Assembly (NCBI GenBank): GCA_964348725.1
Contig: CAYGDG010000002.1
Coordinates: forward strand, 202-64,201
Direction of reading: 5' to 3'
From: an uncultured Candidatus Saccharibacteria bacterium
GTDB lineage: Bacteria; Patescibacteriota; Minisyncoccia; Phycocordibacterales; UBA9973
DNA: 64,000 nucleotides
How positions within the stretch are numbered: the stretch's first letter is position 1; each line of letters opens with the position of its first letter. The notes under the pieces are model-generated. The model saw nothing but the letters and a program-made list of their open reading frames with translations, was not told the origin of the DNA and ran no database searches. This document shows positions 16,403 through 25,382 of this stretch, in pieces. The translations under genes and the position numbers were made by a program.

Positions 16403-17314
16403 TTAAGACGTGGTGCCGTTCAGCTTATCTTTCAGGGCTTGATATTGCTCCTGGTGCTTCTCAGGATTTGCATCTTTCAGCTTTTGTAAATTCTGTAGCT
16501 TCCACTGCACTGCTGGAAATTTTTTAAAGTCATAAATGCTCCAGTCGGGCTCTACATTTTTAACGCTAAGCAAGAATGCCTTGTCTTCATCTGTCAGACT
16601 GGCGTGAATGGTTTCAATCAGGCGCTCACGCGTTTGCTCGAACTCCTCGTATGAAAACGGCTCTTCGCTCATGCCTTCAAACTGGTTAACCATGGCCAGT
16701 CTCTGATCTTGTGGGTTCGGCTTGATGACTTCATAGATGGGACGGTCACTTGCCAAAAGACAAAAGATAAAGCCAGTTTTGATATCCTGGGTAAAGCCTT
16801 CGCTCTCCAGCATATATTTCACATCAAACAGATCACGCGGATGCTGTCTGTCCAGCGCCGCGCATATTTTACCGCCGTAAAGCTGGCCGACAGGCACAAT
16901 CGGCATGACACAAAAGGCATCAAACGCATTCTGCGCCTTTTGACACAGCGGTAAGGGTTGAGCGGACATGAATGTGCCACGCCCGACCAGATTAACCTCC
17001 AGCTTGATATCGATGCCCTGTTTTGAGATCAGAAGTTTTCCGGTTTCTTCCTTATGCTGGATCCGAATGCCGGGCACGCGTTTTTCAACGCGCTCTTTGA
17101 TCCTGATCAGTGCAGCGGCGATGTTTTTGAGCGTGGTTGGGCGGTCTTCGACAGGCAGATAGGTGAGATCAATATCGACAGACAACCTTGGCATATCACG
17201 CACAAACAGATTGATCGCCGTACCGCCGTGCATGGCAAAACACTCTTCCTTTGCCACCTCCGGCAATATTTCCAGCAGCAGCCCGGCCTGCTTTTTATAT
17301 GTCGCGTTCGTCAT
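16403..17314 (-). CDS. abiEii: AbiEii/AbiGii-family nucleotidyltransferase toxin (type IV TA / abortive infection)
   Basis: 303 aa. GGTAINLFVRDMPRLSVDIDLTY is the nucleotidyltransferase G-x-(S/T)...DxD motif of DUF1814/AbiEii. Lies immediately downstream of abiEi, overlapping it by 20 nt. Confidence 0.75.
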   Translation of the reverse strand: MTNATYKKQAGLLLEILPEVAKEECFAMHGGTAINLFVRDMPRLSVDIDLTYLPVEDRPTTLKNIAAALIRIKERVEKRVPGIRIQHKEETGKLLISKQGIDIKLEVNLVGRGTFMSAQPLPLCQKAQNAFDAFCVMPIVPVGQLYGGKICAALDRQHPRDLFDVKYMLESEGFTQDIKTGFIFCLLASDRPIYEVIKPNPQDQRLAMVNQFEGMSEEPFSYEEFEQTRERLIETIHASLTDEDKAFLLSVKNVEPDWSIYDFKKFPAVQWKLQNLQKLKDANPEKHQEQYQALKDKLNGTTS

Positions 17315-18077
17315 GCTCGCCCAGTTCTCTTGGCAGTGTTATTTGATATTTGGCATTATAGCTACCGTTACTTACAACACTGCGCTTTCCGCTTCCAAAG
17401 TCAACCTTCCCCAGATCAAGATAAGAAACCCAGCCATGACCGGCCTTTTCCGCCAGCACCATAAACAGACGTTTGACTTTTACCGATGTGCAGGCCTCCA
17501 GCAATATCTGCACCTGATCGGGGCGCAGATTATTCAGCCCCTCCATCAGCTCGTAGCATTCCACCAGATCCTGATGATCCGGCGCGAGATACAGGCACTC
17601 CATAAGCGCACGCGGGGCATTGGACACTTTGATAGAAAAAGTTTTGAATTCCACATCGGTCAACCCCATATCGGGGGGAAGGAACGATGTCGCGTAATAA
17701 GATATCTCCATGCCCCAATCATGATCCCTAAACCAGGCAGGCAGATTTTCACGCACGCCGCCAAACAAGATCACTTTGCTTTGCGCCAGTTCAAGATAAT
17801 GCGCCTTACCCAAAAGCGACAGCGCACTCCTGCCGCCAACATGAACGGAGGAGCCTGCCTGCGCCTGTAGCGCATACAGCCCGCCTTCATAACCAACACC
17901 GTCCCCAGCGCGGATCATCGCGCCCGTACCCAAGGATTCCAGCCAGCCGCTCTTGCGGTATCTTTTTTGCAAATCGAAGCTGTAACCATGATCTTTCAGC
18001 CATGATGACAACATCACAGCCCCTGAAGGTATGGATTGCAAAAGTGTGTTTATTTTTAATTGTTCTACGGTACTCAT
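17295..18077 (-). CDS. abiEi: AbiEi-family antitoxin / transcriptional regulator
   Basis: 260 aa, upstream partner of the AbiEii gene. N-terminal wHTH-like region; size and position fit AbiEi. Confidence 0.6.
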   Translation of the reverse strand: MSTVEQLKINTLLQSIPSGAVMLSSWLKDHGYSFDLQKRYRKSGWLESLGTGAMIRAGDGVGYEGGLYALQAQAGSSVHVGGRSALSLLGKAHYLELAQSKVILFGGVRENLPAWFRDHDWGMEISYYATSFLPPDMGLTDVEFKTFSIKVSNAPRALMECLYLAPDHQDLVECYELMEGLNNLRPDQVQILLEACTSVKVKRLFMVLAEKAGHGWVSYLDLGKVDFGSGKRSVVSNGSYNAKYQITLPRELGEHDERDI

Positions 18078-18503
18078 AGTACCATTATGAAGTATTTTTT
18101 AAACTATATCAAGAAATGAGTTTATTTTATAGTCAACAAGGGTACCAATAGTACCCTTAGAAAGAAAATTATAAACTAGACAAGATGAGCCCGGTACCGC
18201 TCTTATTTTCACTTATTTTCGAAGGGGTTGTCAGGAATTTGCTTCCGGATTGCTTCCAAATCCGATGCAGGGTATCGATCTGCATCGCATCGAAATGACA
18301 GTCAAGCCATTGAAATATAAAGGAAAAAATTGGTTGTGTGCTCAACCTGTGACCGAAACTCTTTATATTTCACGATTATCTTAAGCGCGCATCGAAATCT
18401 TGATAACCATTTGATATTTTGTAATAAATTTCAAAAATTGCAAAAGATACAAAGATCAAAACCTGAAGGTCATATAGTAGTCGGATGCAGGACAAAACAA
18501 CAG

Positions 18504-18704
18504 CTACGATAAGCCCAGCATCCTCAAAATCTTGATCGCACTATCCAGCTTGATTGTTGTTTTGCCCTGCTCGAAACTATTGAGTGTAGGCTTGCTGACA
18601 CCTGACAGAACCGCCAGCTGTTCCTGCGTGAGCTTTTGCTCCTTACGGCGCTTAATCGCTTCTTCAACCAGCGCTGACCAATTAAGACGAATGTGTCGAT
18701 CCAT
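18504..18704 (-). CDS. stand-alone XRE-family HTH regulator (copy)
   Basis: 66 aa, differing from the 13189-13389 protein at one residue (LAGV to LSGV). The flanking ~430 bp are duplicated. Confidence 0.7.
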   Translation of the reverse strand: MDRHIRLNWSALVEEAIKRRKEQKLTQEQLAVLSGVSKPTLNSFEQGKTTIKLDSAIKILRMLGLS

Positions 18705-18756
18705 GATTTTACTCGCGGTTAAATACAGTTTACTAAAAAGCCCAAATCAGCCTTTA

Positions 18757-18815
18757 AAGTAAATTATAATTTACTTTTTAGATGATTAGAAGCAAAAAAG
18801 TAAAGTGTAGTTTAC
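18757..18815. promoter_or_regulatory. palindromic operator pair (copy)
   Basis: AAAGTAAATTATAATTTACTTT and AAAGTAAAGTGTAGTTTAC, identical to 13441-13500. Confidence 0.5.
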
Positions 18816-18906
18816 CGTGGCCGGATAGCTTAGAACTTTCGCTTGGGTAAATAATAACCATGCAATTTTAACATTCAATGTAAGATTTGCATGGATAAAA
18901 AAACTC

Positions 18907-20270
18907 TTAGAAAATCAGGGCCAACCCATCAGCCATTCGACAAATTGCGGGTTCAAGACTTTGTGGGATGCCGTCCCAGTCTCCATCTGGTCCTGGCGGG
19001 AACGGTGTAAAGCTGCTTCCACATTCAAGGGCTTGGTGTTGCGCTCGAACTGGCTCGGCCCTGCATTGTTCTTGGCATCCTGGGTCGTCACGGTCGGCCA
19101 CATGAGGGCTGCCATCGCCAGCGGCGGCATTGAAACCTGTCCTGCCTGTCTGCGTGCCGCCCAGCGTTCGGGATTCTCGGACGATGTTTTCTGCGCACGC
19201 GGTGTTGGCCAGACAATCTGTTCCCGTAGATTGCTGGGCCGTGTCCGCCCCGCGCGCTGGCCTGTCGGCCCCAGCATTTTCTCCATCGCTTCTGCTGAGC
19301 GTGGCGGCAGGTGATCCATCGTGTTCGGCGTTGCCCACTGGCAGATGCTCTCCGCCAGACCAAATTGGCTGGAGTTCGGGCCGCGCTTCCTGAAATCCTG
19401 CGCTGTCGGGGTCGGCCAGCAGGCGGCTGAGACCTCCAGCCGTTTCTTCGGATTGCCCGCTGCAATCTTGCTCTGGGCAGGGCCGTTGGCTGAAGAGACC
19501 CGTGCCATCGGCCACAAATTCGCCTGCGTTGTCAGCGAACCGAAACAGCGATCCGTCCGATCCCCCATGCGCTGCAGGAATGTTTCCTGCTTCTCGTTCG
19601 TCTCCTGCGCTCTGGGCGTAAGCCAGGATGAACAATCGCTCTCGCTTGTGAGGAGCGCCGACTTCCTGCGCTGTGAACAGGCCTGCCTTAACGCAGTAAC
19701 CCACTGATCGAAGGTCATCGTGGACTTGTTCGAATCCCAATCGTAAATGTCCGCCGACATTTTCAAAGAAGCAGAACGCGGGGCGGATTTCTCGCACCAC
19801 GCGAAAGACATCTGGCCAGAGGTGTCTGGGGTCTTCCGCGCCGCGTTGTTTGCCCGCAACACTAAAGGGCTGACACGGGTAGCCTGCAGTGATGCAATCC
19901 ACCGTGCCACGCCATGGCTTGCCGTCGAAGGTTCGAAGATTTGTCCAAACAGGCGCCGGATCCAGGGCGTTTTCTGCCATCCGCGCCGCCAGAATGGCGC
20001 AGGCATAGGCTTCGATCTCAACAAAACAGACTGTGCGAGCAGCTGGCTCCGCCAGTCTAACGCCGAGGTCGAGTCCGCCGACACCAGCGCACAGGGACAG
20101 TACGGTAAAGGGACGTGAATCCACACGAAGGGTTCCTTGGGTATTTTCAAAGTTTTGCGGTTGGGTGCGCACCGCTTAAAAGGCTTGGGTGCGCGTTTGA
20201 GTGCGCAGGAGCGGGTGCGCGGCATCAAAGCCCTGTGAGGCCGCCGTTTTGGCAACAAACGGGCATTCAC
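18907..20270 (-). pseudogene. phage-type DNA (cytosine-5) methyltransferase, frameshifted
   Basis: The 18907-20172 frame has motif I LSLCAGVGGLDLG, motif IV GYPCQPFS and ENV, then turns into low-complexity text after LFILAYAQ. The overlapping 18915-20270 frame carries the typical C-terminus: repeated WPTPTAQD / WATPNTMD / WPTPRAQK / WPTVTTQD and final LNPQFVEWLMGWP. One frameshift near 19600-19700 separates the two halves. Confidence 0.7.
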
Positions 20271-20279
20271 CGCGCACCC
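20163..20279. repeat. GGGTGCGC direct repeats (x4, plus one inverted) at the 5' end of the methyltransferase gene
   Basis: ttGGGTGCGCaccg...ttGGGTGCGCgtttgaGTGCGCaggagcGGGTGCGCggc...ccGCGCACCCag. Confidence 0.4.
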
Positions 20280-20381
20280 AGAAAAATTCGCTATCGCTAA
20301 AAAAGTCCCGCGCCTTTGCCCGCCGCATTGGGTTCAATCGCCGGAAGTACCTTTTTTGATCGGCACAGTGTGCGCAAAACA

Positions 20382-20410
20382 AAAGGCCACGCGAGTGGCG
20401 TGGCCTTGCA
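20382..20410 (-). terminator. intrinsic terminator downstream of the hipBA operon
   Basis: GGCCACGCgagtGGCGTGGCC stem-loop, followed on the minus strand by ttttgttttg. Confidence 0.5.
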
Positions 20411-20510
20411 GGGTCAATAAGGGGAGATCACGTGGGACGTATCGCGATGCTAGTGATCAGACTGCCAAAAAATGTTCGCCGTGTCCGCATCAATTTTGTT
20501 CGGACGTTTT

Positions 20511-21779
20511 TTATTCTTGTTTTGCCTTCTCAAGATCAGTGTGTTCGAAGGCTGAAGCCATACGATCTACCTCACGCTTGCTAAGATGGAACTGCTGCGC
20601 AACATCGCGCCATTGTGATACGCCAGTTGCCACCTCTTGGACTATGCTCTTCGCTTGTGCTGGCGATAAACGGAAGTCACCAGCCACCGACATGGCTAAA
20701 TCAAGCGAGGCCGTGCTGTCATACAGATCAATCATGGTTGTCAGGATACGCGGTTTTACTTCCACAGGCGTTGGGTTGATGTCGTAGGCTGGTGATAAAC
20801 GCCAGCCTTTCTCGCGCTCATACACAAAGCCGTGGTTGCGCAAATGATCATCGACATTGGATACAAGGATGCTGAAAACAATCCTGCGCCATAGCTCGGC
20901 CATATCCGCATCTGGCGCAGCGCCGTGCTGTTTAAGCGCATCAACAATCTCAAGGTAGCTGTGTGCCTCGCCATCCTTCGCGCCAAGCATACTCATAGCC
21001 GAAAGGAATGGGATGCGGCCTTCACCCACACGATCAAACCGGCGAATAATCAGGACTGGTTTTTCAAGGATTGTGTCCAGCCGCCATGAAGGAAGAGCAA
21101 GGCCAGCCTTCTTCGCCAACACAAGCGTTACAGCTTCCCATGTCACAACATTAAAATCGTCATCCTTGCGCGGGAATTTTGCAATTGCGAGATTGCCATC
21201 CGCATCAATGACAGAAGCTTTAGGGCGCGCACCACCGAGAGACGATCCTGGCGCAAGCAGCAATCGCAGATCTTCCGCATTCTCCTCATCATCAAGAAAT
21301 CGTTCAGTCGCAGAAAGCAGCCGTGGCAACTCCACAAGCGGGGGAATGGTTTTCTTGCCCTTGAGCGCAAGATAAGGCCCATCCAACCCATCGGAAAAGC
21401 GTAATGCGCCTTGACGGGCCTCATCATTTACGCCCAGCAGGAAATCAACTTCTCCCAGCGTCTTTGGCATTTCCCCCGCATCTCTGGCACGAGCAGCTTC
21501 AGCACGGCGCATCAGCACGCGCCCCCAGCGATCCGGCGCAGAGTCGCCAATGGCACCAAAAAGCGTTTGATCTGCCGTGGTATGGAATGCGCCTGATGTT
21601 AATGACAGAGCTGGTTCCAGAGCAAAACGCTCAGGATGTTTCAGCCATGATGGATCATATTCAAAGGACGCACTTTCACGTCCTTTACGGTTGTGACACC
21701 AAAGTTTACCGACAACATGAGTCTCATTACCCAGCGCGATGGATACGATAACTTCCCGACTACTCATGATCGTCTCCAT
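20511..21779 (-). CDS. hipA: HipA-like kinase toxin (DDHLRNH subfamily)
   Basis: Track ORF 20511-21839. The likely start is METIMSS at ~21779, 18 nt after the hipB stop. Motifs GGARPKASV and catalytic-loop VSNVDDHLRNHGF. Confidence 0.8.
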   Translation of the reverse strand: METIMSSREVIVSIALGNETHVVGKLWCHNRKGRESASFEYDPSWLKHPERFALEPALSLTSGAFHTTADQTLFGAIGDSAPDRWGRVLMRRAEAARARDAGEMPKTLGEVDFLLGVNDEARQGALRFSDGLDGPYLALKGKKTIPPLVELPRLLSATERFLDDEENAEDLRLLLAPGSSLGGARPKASVIDADGNLAIAKFPRKDDDFNVVTWEAVTLVLAKKAGLALPSWRLDTILEKPVLIIRRFDRVGEGRIPFLSAMSMLGAKDGEAHSYLEIVDALKQHGAAPDADMAELWRRIVFSILVSNVDDHLRNHGFVYEREKGWRLSPAYDINPTPVEVKPRILTTMIDLYDSTASLDLAMSVAGDFRLSPAQAKSIVQEVATGVSQWRDVAQQFHLSKREVDRMASAFEHTDLEKAKQE

Positions 21780-22101
21780 GCTTTTTAGAGGAGCGCGATA
21801 AATAAACACGCTTGGGCAATGCTTCATCGGCCAGCTCACGACCCGTCAGGTCATGCGCGGCATCCACCAAGTCCTGCAACCGTGCCGTTAGCCCCAACAC
21901 AAACAGGACAGAGGCATACCCGCCCAGCGACACCGTGGGATCGCCTTTTTCAATTTTGGCCAGCGTTGCCCGCGCCATGCCCGCCCGCTCAGCCATCAAC
22001 GGCGTGGGAATGCGACGGCGGCGGCGTGCATCGCTGATATCTTGTCCCAGCTTGCGCAGAGCCTTCTGCACGGGGATTGGAAGATTTGCCTTGTCAGCCA
22101 T
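21760..22101 (-). CDS. hipB: HipB-like XRE HTH antitoxin
   Basis: 113 aa. HTH segment PTPLMAERAGMARATLAKIEKGDPTVSLG. Directly upstream of hipA. Confidence 0.65.
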   Translation of the reverse strand: MADKANLPIPVQKALRKLGQDISDARRRRRIPTPLMAERAGMARATLAKIEKGDPTVSLGGYASVLFVLGLTARLQDLVDAAHDLTGRELADEALPKRVYLSRSSKKHGDDHE

Positions 22102-22257
22102 CGCGTGTTTCCTTTTACAATGCTCATTTTAATAGGCTTAGCGGCCTATAATGTTCACTATAATAGCCATTGATGAAAAAATCAAGAAAATCCAGTACAA
22201 TACGCATTGCAATAGGCTTTATCGCGCTTAATGGCTGCTTTGGTAAACATTAAGTGA

Positions 22258-23040
22258 TTATTTAACAGCCTGAATTTCGGTCAAAACCCCACCTGGATCA
22301 AAGCCTTCACATTCAAAGTCCGTGCGGGAATGAGGGTATCCACGCTGGTTAGAGATGATTCTGGTTGAGCCAAACATCTGGTCATCACATTCATGCGTAT
22401 GACCATAAACCCACAGATTGGGCTGATATTTTTCGATGACCTCAATCATGTCCAGAGAGTTGAACGCAGGCTGTAGGGGGCTGGCGCGATACCGTGTGTT
22501 CGGATTAATAACTGGCGCATGGTGCGAGATGACAACCTTTGTCTTCTTTCTGTTTTCTTCGAACCAGCTGATGAGCTTCGCCTTGAAAAGGTTGTGAAGC
22601 AAAATGGAATCTTCGGGGCGAAAAAATGCATCCGCGCTTGTTCTGATTAACTGAAAATCGTTCATTTGCTGACGCGCCGCCATCATCGCGTTCGGATTAC
22701 CGCTATTAAAATCCGTCCACATGGTTCCACCGAAGAACTGCACGCCATCAATCGTGATAGACTCGTCTTGCAGGAAATGCAGATGGGGATAAGCAGCGGC
22801 CCACGCTTGAAAACGCGCAATATCATTCTGCATCGGTGTGCGCGTATAAAGCTCGTGATTACCCTCAACATATAAAATCGGCTTGCGCCACGATCTTACA
22901 ATTTCCTCAAGCGGTGAGAAATCAGCGAAGGTGATAATATCGCCTGCCAAAATCATCACATCAGCAGTGCTTTCTTCTGGCACATCAAAGGGCTTGCCAA
23001 ATTCCAAATGCAAATCGCTAAAGCAAATTATCTTCATCAT
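22258..23040 (-). CDS. metallophosphoesterase (calcineurin-like phosphoesterase superfamily)
   Basis: Start MMKIICFSDLHLEF (DxH), LAGDII (GD), GNHE, ISHHAPV, YGHTHECDD. ~55% identical to the paralogue at 33007-33783. Both end in the ...FEC(E/A)GFD motif. Confidence 0.75.
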   Translation of the reverse strand: MMKIICFSDLHLEFGKPFDVPEESTADVMILAGDIITFADFSPLEEIVRSWRKPILYVEGNHELYTRTPMQNDIARFQAWAAAYPHLHFLQDESITIDGVQFFGGTMWTDFNSGNPNAMMAARQQMNDFQLIRTSADAFFRPEDSILLHNLFKAKLISWFEENRKKTKVVISHHAPVINPNTRYRASPLQPAFNSLDMIEVIEKYQPNLWVYGHTHECDDQMFGSTRIISNQRGYPHSRTDFECEGFDPGGVLTEIQAVK

Positions 23041-23053
23041 TACCTGCCTGCAA

Positions 23054-23371
23054 TTAAGCGACCGCTCGTCCAACATATCGTCCGTAATCAGAGCCGGATG
23101 GATCAACATACAAGGTTTCCCGCCCTGGGCATACCAGCGCGATTACCTGTTTGATATTACCTTGATAACCGCCTTTGCCTGCCAGCCATTCGCGTTTTGC
23201 CAGCGGGCGAGCTATGAAGGCGTTGTATTCGGCCTCCGTCATTTCTCGAATTTCAGACACTTGGGTTGGGATGGCCTCACCACAATCAGGGCGGCTGCCC
23301 GATTCAATCTCGTGCCAGTCGACTGGCTTGCGGGCGTAAACAACGAGAATAATCTCTCTGGCCATGCTCAA
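23054..23371 (-). CDS. hypothetical phage-like protein
   Basis: 105-aa ORF overlapping its neighbours by 4 nt (operon-like packing). Confidence 0.4.
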   Translation of the reverse strand: MSMAREIILVVYARKPVDWHEIESGSRPDCGEAIPTQVSEIREMTEAEYNAFIARPLAKREWLAGKGGYQGNIKQVIALVCPGRETLYVDPSGSDYGRYVGRAVA

Positions 23372-23595
23372 ATCTCCAACGCCTGAGTTTCGATACCGAG
23401 GATGTCGGCCATCTCGCGCAGTTTCATATGCGCCTGTTTGAGTTTTCTGATGTCGGGTGCGATGATTTGCTCTGGTGCTTTGCGTTCGGCTGGTGGTGGG
23501 TTGTGAAGACGGTTAGCAATTTGCATCAGGGTAGCCACGATCTGCTCCTTGCCGCTGTAATAGGCATCCACGCGTTCCTGCATTCTCTGGTTCAT
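23368..23595 (-). CDS. hypothetical small protein
   Basis: 75-aa ORF, coiled-coil-like. Confidence 0.35.
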   Translation of the reverse strand: MNQRMQERVDAYYSGKEQIVATLMQIANRLHNPPPAERKAPEQIIAPDIRKLKQAHMKLREMADILGIETQALEI

Positions 23596-23609
23596 GGTTT
23601 TCTCCTTAC

Positions 23610-24107
23610 TTACTTTCTTTCCTTGCGGCCTGCTTCAAAGGCGGCGTCCAGCGCATCCTTGAGGTTCCAGACCGCCACATCGTGAAAATCCAGCCCGTCT
23701 GCGTTGCGAGTTTCCAGCGTTTCAATGCGCAGGTGTTTTTCGGCAATCAGGCTTAAAAGCTCGGCCTTGGTCGGGGCGGCTGCGCGGGGGAATGTTTTGC
23801 CCGTCACATCGCGGATGGCGTTTTCAAATGTTCTCCGCCAGCCAGCATCAGCAATGCGGTGTTTTAAATGCGCCGCGATATTTTCCGCTGTGAGTGCGCC
23901 CTTGATAAAACTCAAATCGTCAGCCAGGTGGCGACCGAACCGCGCGTCGAGAACATCGCGAGCTTGTTCGGCGGTCAAATCAAAAGTGGCAATTAAAAAC
24001 TTGCTGGCGGCGTTCCAGGTCAGCGCGACGTCATAGCCGTTGCGCTCGGCTGTTCCCCAAAAGCCCCACTCTTTGTTTTCGGTCGGTAAAATCTCTGTCT
24101 TTTTCAT
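23610..24107 (-). CDS. hypothetical protein
   Basis: Track ORF 23610-24146. The likely start is MKKTEILP at ~24107, which puts the conserved 40-bp motif (24134-24173) upstream of the start. Confidence 0.45.
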   Translation of the reverse strand: MKKTEILPTENKEWGFWGTAERNGYDVALTWNAASKFLIATFDLTAEQARDVLDARFGRHLADDLSFIKGALTAENIAAHLKHRIADAGWRRTFENAIRDVTGKTFPRAAAPTKAELLSLIAEKHLRIETLETRNADGLDFHDVAVWNLKDALDAAFEAGRKERK

Positions 24108-24133
24108 GGGCGTTCTCCTTTGCTTACATCTCC

Positions 24134-24173
24134 ATGAACGCTTCATTCCGCAGGATTATCAACTGAATAAGGC
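24134..24173 (-). promoter_or_regulatory. conserved 40-bp promoter/operator motif (copy A)
   Basis: Coding-strand CTTATTCAGTTGATAATCCTGCGGAATGAAGCGTTCATGG. It contains the palindrome ATGAAgcgTTCAT. Related copies lie at 24624-24661 and 48732-48770. Confidence 0.5.
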
Positions 24174-24216
24174 GTCAGAAAACCGCGAATAATCAGGCGT
24201 TTTGATTGTTTTGTAA

Positions 24217-24591
24217 TCACTGCGCGCGCCCCGTGATTTTGTAGATGCGGGCGGTGTTGTCCGCTTTCTCGGACACGATTTGGTAACCACGTTTTTTGGC
24301 CAGCGCGTGGGAAAGCGCACTGCGGATCGTGTGCTTTTGCCAGCCTGTGGCGGCGATCATGTCCTCAAGGTTTGCGCCTTCTGGCCGCTCCAGCAGGGCA
24401 ATCAGCACGCTGAGTTTTGTTTCCCGCTTGGCAGGCATGGCGGCAACACCCGCCAGCGCAGCCTTCATCGGCTCGGACAGCGGACGTTCGGCCAAGGAAG
24501 CGGCATTGGCTTTTGGCTTGTCTTTGACGGGCTTTGCCGCACGCGGTTTGGAAGGCGTTTTAGCGGCTTGTTTGCTTGGTTTTTTAGGCAT
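24217..24591 (-). CDS. DUF3489-like protein
   Basis: 124 aa. Lys/Ala/Pro-rich N-terminus, then KLSVLIALLERPEGANLEDMIAATGWQKHTIRSALSHALAKKRGYQIVSEKADNTARIYKI, as in DUF3489. Confidence 0.55.
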   Translation of the reverse strand: MPKKPSKQAAKTPSKPRAAKPVKDKPKANAASLAERPLSEPMKAALAGVAAMPAKRETKLSVLIALLERPEGANLEDMIAATGWQKHTIRSALSHALAKKRGYQIVSEKADNTARIYKITGRAQ

Positions 24592-24623
24592 TTAATGGCT
24601 CCTTGCTATGGTGGTTTTCATGT

Positions 24624-24661
24624 CATGAACGCTTCATTCGGCGAGAACATCAAGTCGAATG
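24624..24661 (-). promoter_or_regulatory. conserved 40-bp promoter/operator motif (copy B)
   Basis: Coding-strand CGACTTGATGTTCTCGCCGAATGAAGCGTTCATGAC. Confidence 0.5.
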
Positions 24662-24671
24662 AACGCTTATT

Positions 24672-25103
24672 TCATTGCTGTTTTTGCTTGTTTTCCGGCC
24701 TCTCCAGCGGCGGGATGCGGGAGGCAATCCGTGCCAGCGCACGGCGATACAGCTCCCACGCTTTGGTGCGGCCAACGCCCATGCGCCCACAGATCAGCTT
24801 CCACCGCACACGCTCTGCCCGCAGCCACACAAGGCGACGTTCTTCCGGCTCAATCCATTTGAGCCAGATAAACAAAACTTCCTCCATGTCGGTGATGTCC
24901 TGCTGTGACGGGCGCACGCGCATCCGCTCCGGCTCCATCTGCAGAATTTCCAGCGGCTCACGGATGATGGCTGGCCAGGTCGAGAAATACCCCTGGACTT
25001 TCACATCCGGCAGCCGTCGCAAAGTGCGTGCGGCAGACCCGATGCGGTCTTCGACGTAAGATTCATCGTCACTGAGGTTTCTGGATTCATCGTGATCATG
25101 CAT
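24672..25103 (-). CDS. hypothetical phage regulatory-like protein
   Basis: 143 aa, acidic N-terminus and Arg-rich C-terminus. No family recognised with confidence. Confidence 0.4.
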   Translation of the reverse strand: MHDHDESRNLSDDESYVEDRIGSAARTLRRLPDVKVQGYFSTWPAIIREPLEILQMEPERMRVRPSQQDITDMEEVLFIWLKWIEPEERRLVWLRAERVRWKLICGRMGVGRTKAWELYRRALARIASRIPPLERPENKQKQQ

Positions 25104-25194
25104 GGCGGTTTTCCTTTCGCTGCTGGTTTGAGAAACGGGTGGCTGATGCCGCCACGTCAGTGGGCGGCGTCAGCACCCCTCCGTAGGAGGGAGA

Positions 25195-25376
25195 GGTGAA
25201 TTGCCGACTGCCGACTGACGGAAAGCCTTGGAAATACTGGTTCATTCCCAGTCGGCGAGTTGGCAAATTGAGACGGCAGTTGCCGACTGAATTTCGCGGC
25301 AAAAGCCTTGCGGCATCGGGCTTTGCGCTTATTCCAGTTGGCAAAATGCTGGCAGTGAGGCGGCAGTCGGCAAAAA
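25195..25376. repeat. iteron cluster TTGCCGACTG / CAGTCGGCAA (5 copies, both orientations); candidate replication origin
   Basis: ttgccgactgccgactga; cagtcggcgagttggcaa; cagttgccgactga; cagttggcaa; cagtcggcaaa. Lies immediately downstream of the primase-helicase gene. Confidence 0.45.
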
Positions 25377-25382
25377 TGCGCA

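Noticed and set aside
18915-19600. Upstream part of the 451-aa ORF (MNARLLPKRRPH...) as an independent gene
   Set aside because: Its N-terminal ~230 aa are the out-of-frame shadow of the methyltransferase catalytic domain. Only the C-terminal WPTP-repeat part is genuine coding sequence, belonging to the frameshifted methyltransferase.
24280-25059. 259-aa plus-strand ORF. Similar long antisense ORFs lie at 26025-26831, 20356-20787 and 18961-19707.
   Set aside because: They lie antisense to well-motivated minus-strand genes (DUF3489, primase-helicase, hipA, methyltransferase). Their text is low-complexity and R/S/P-rich. Treated as GC-driven artefacts.
25195-25376. Possibility that the TTGCCGACTG repeats are a CRISPR array
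   Set aside because: The repeats are only ~10 bp, occur in both orientations and have irregular spacing. No cas genes are present. Iterons or operator sites fit better.
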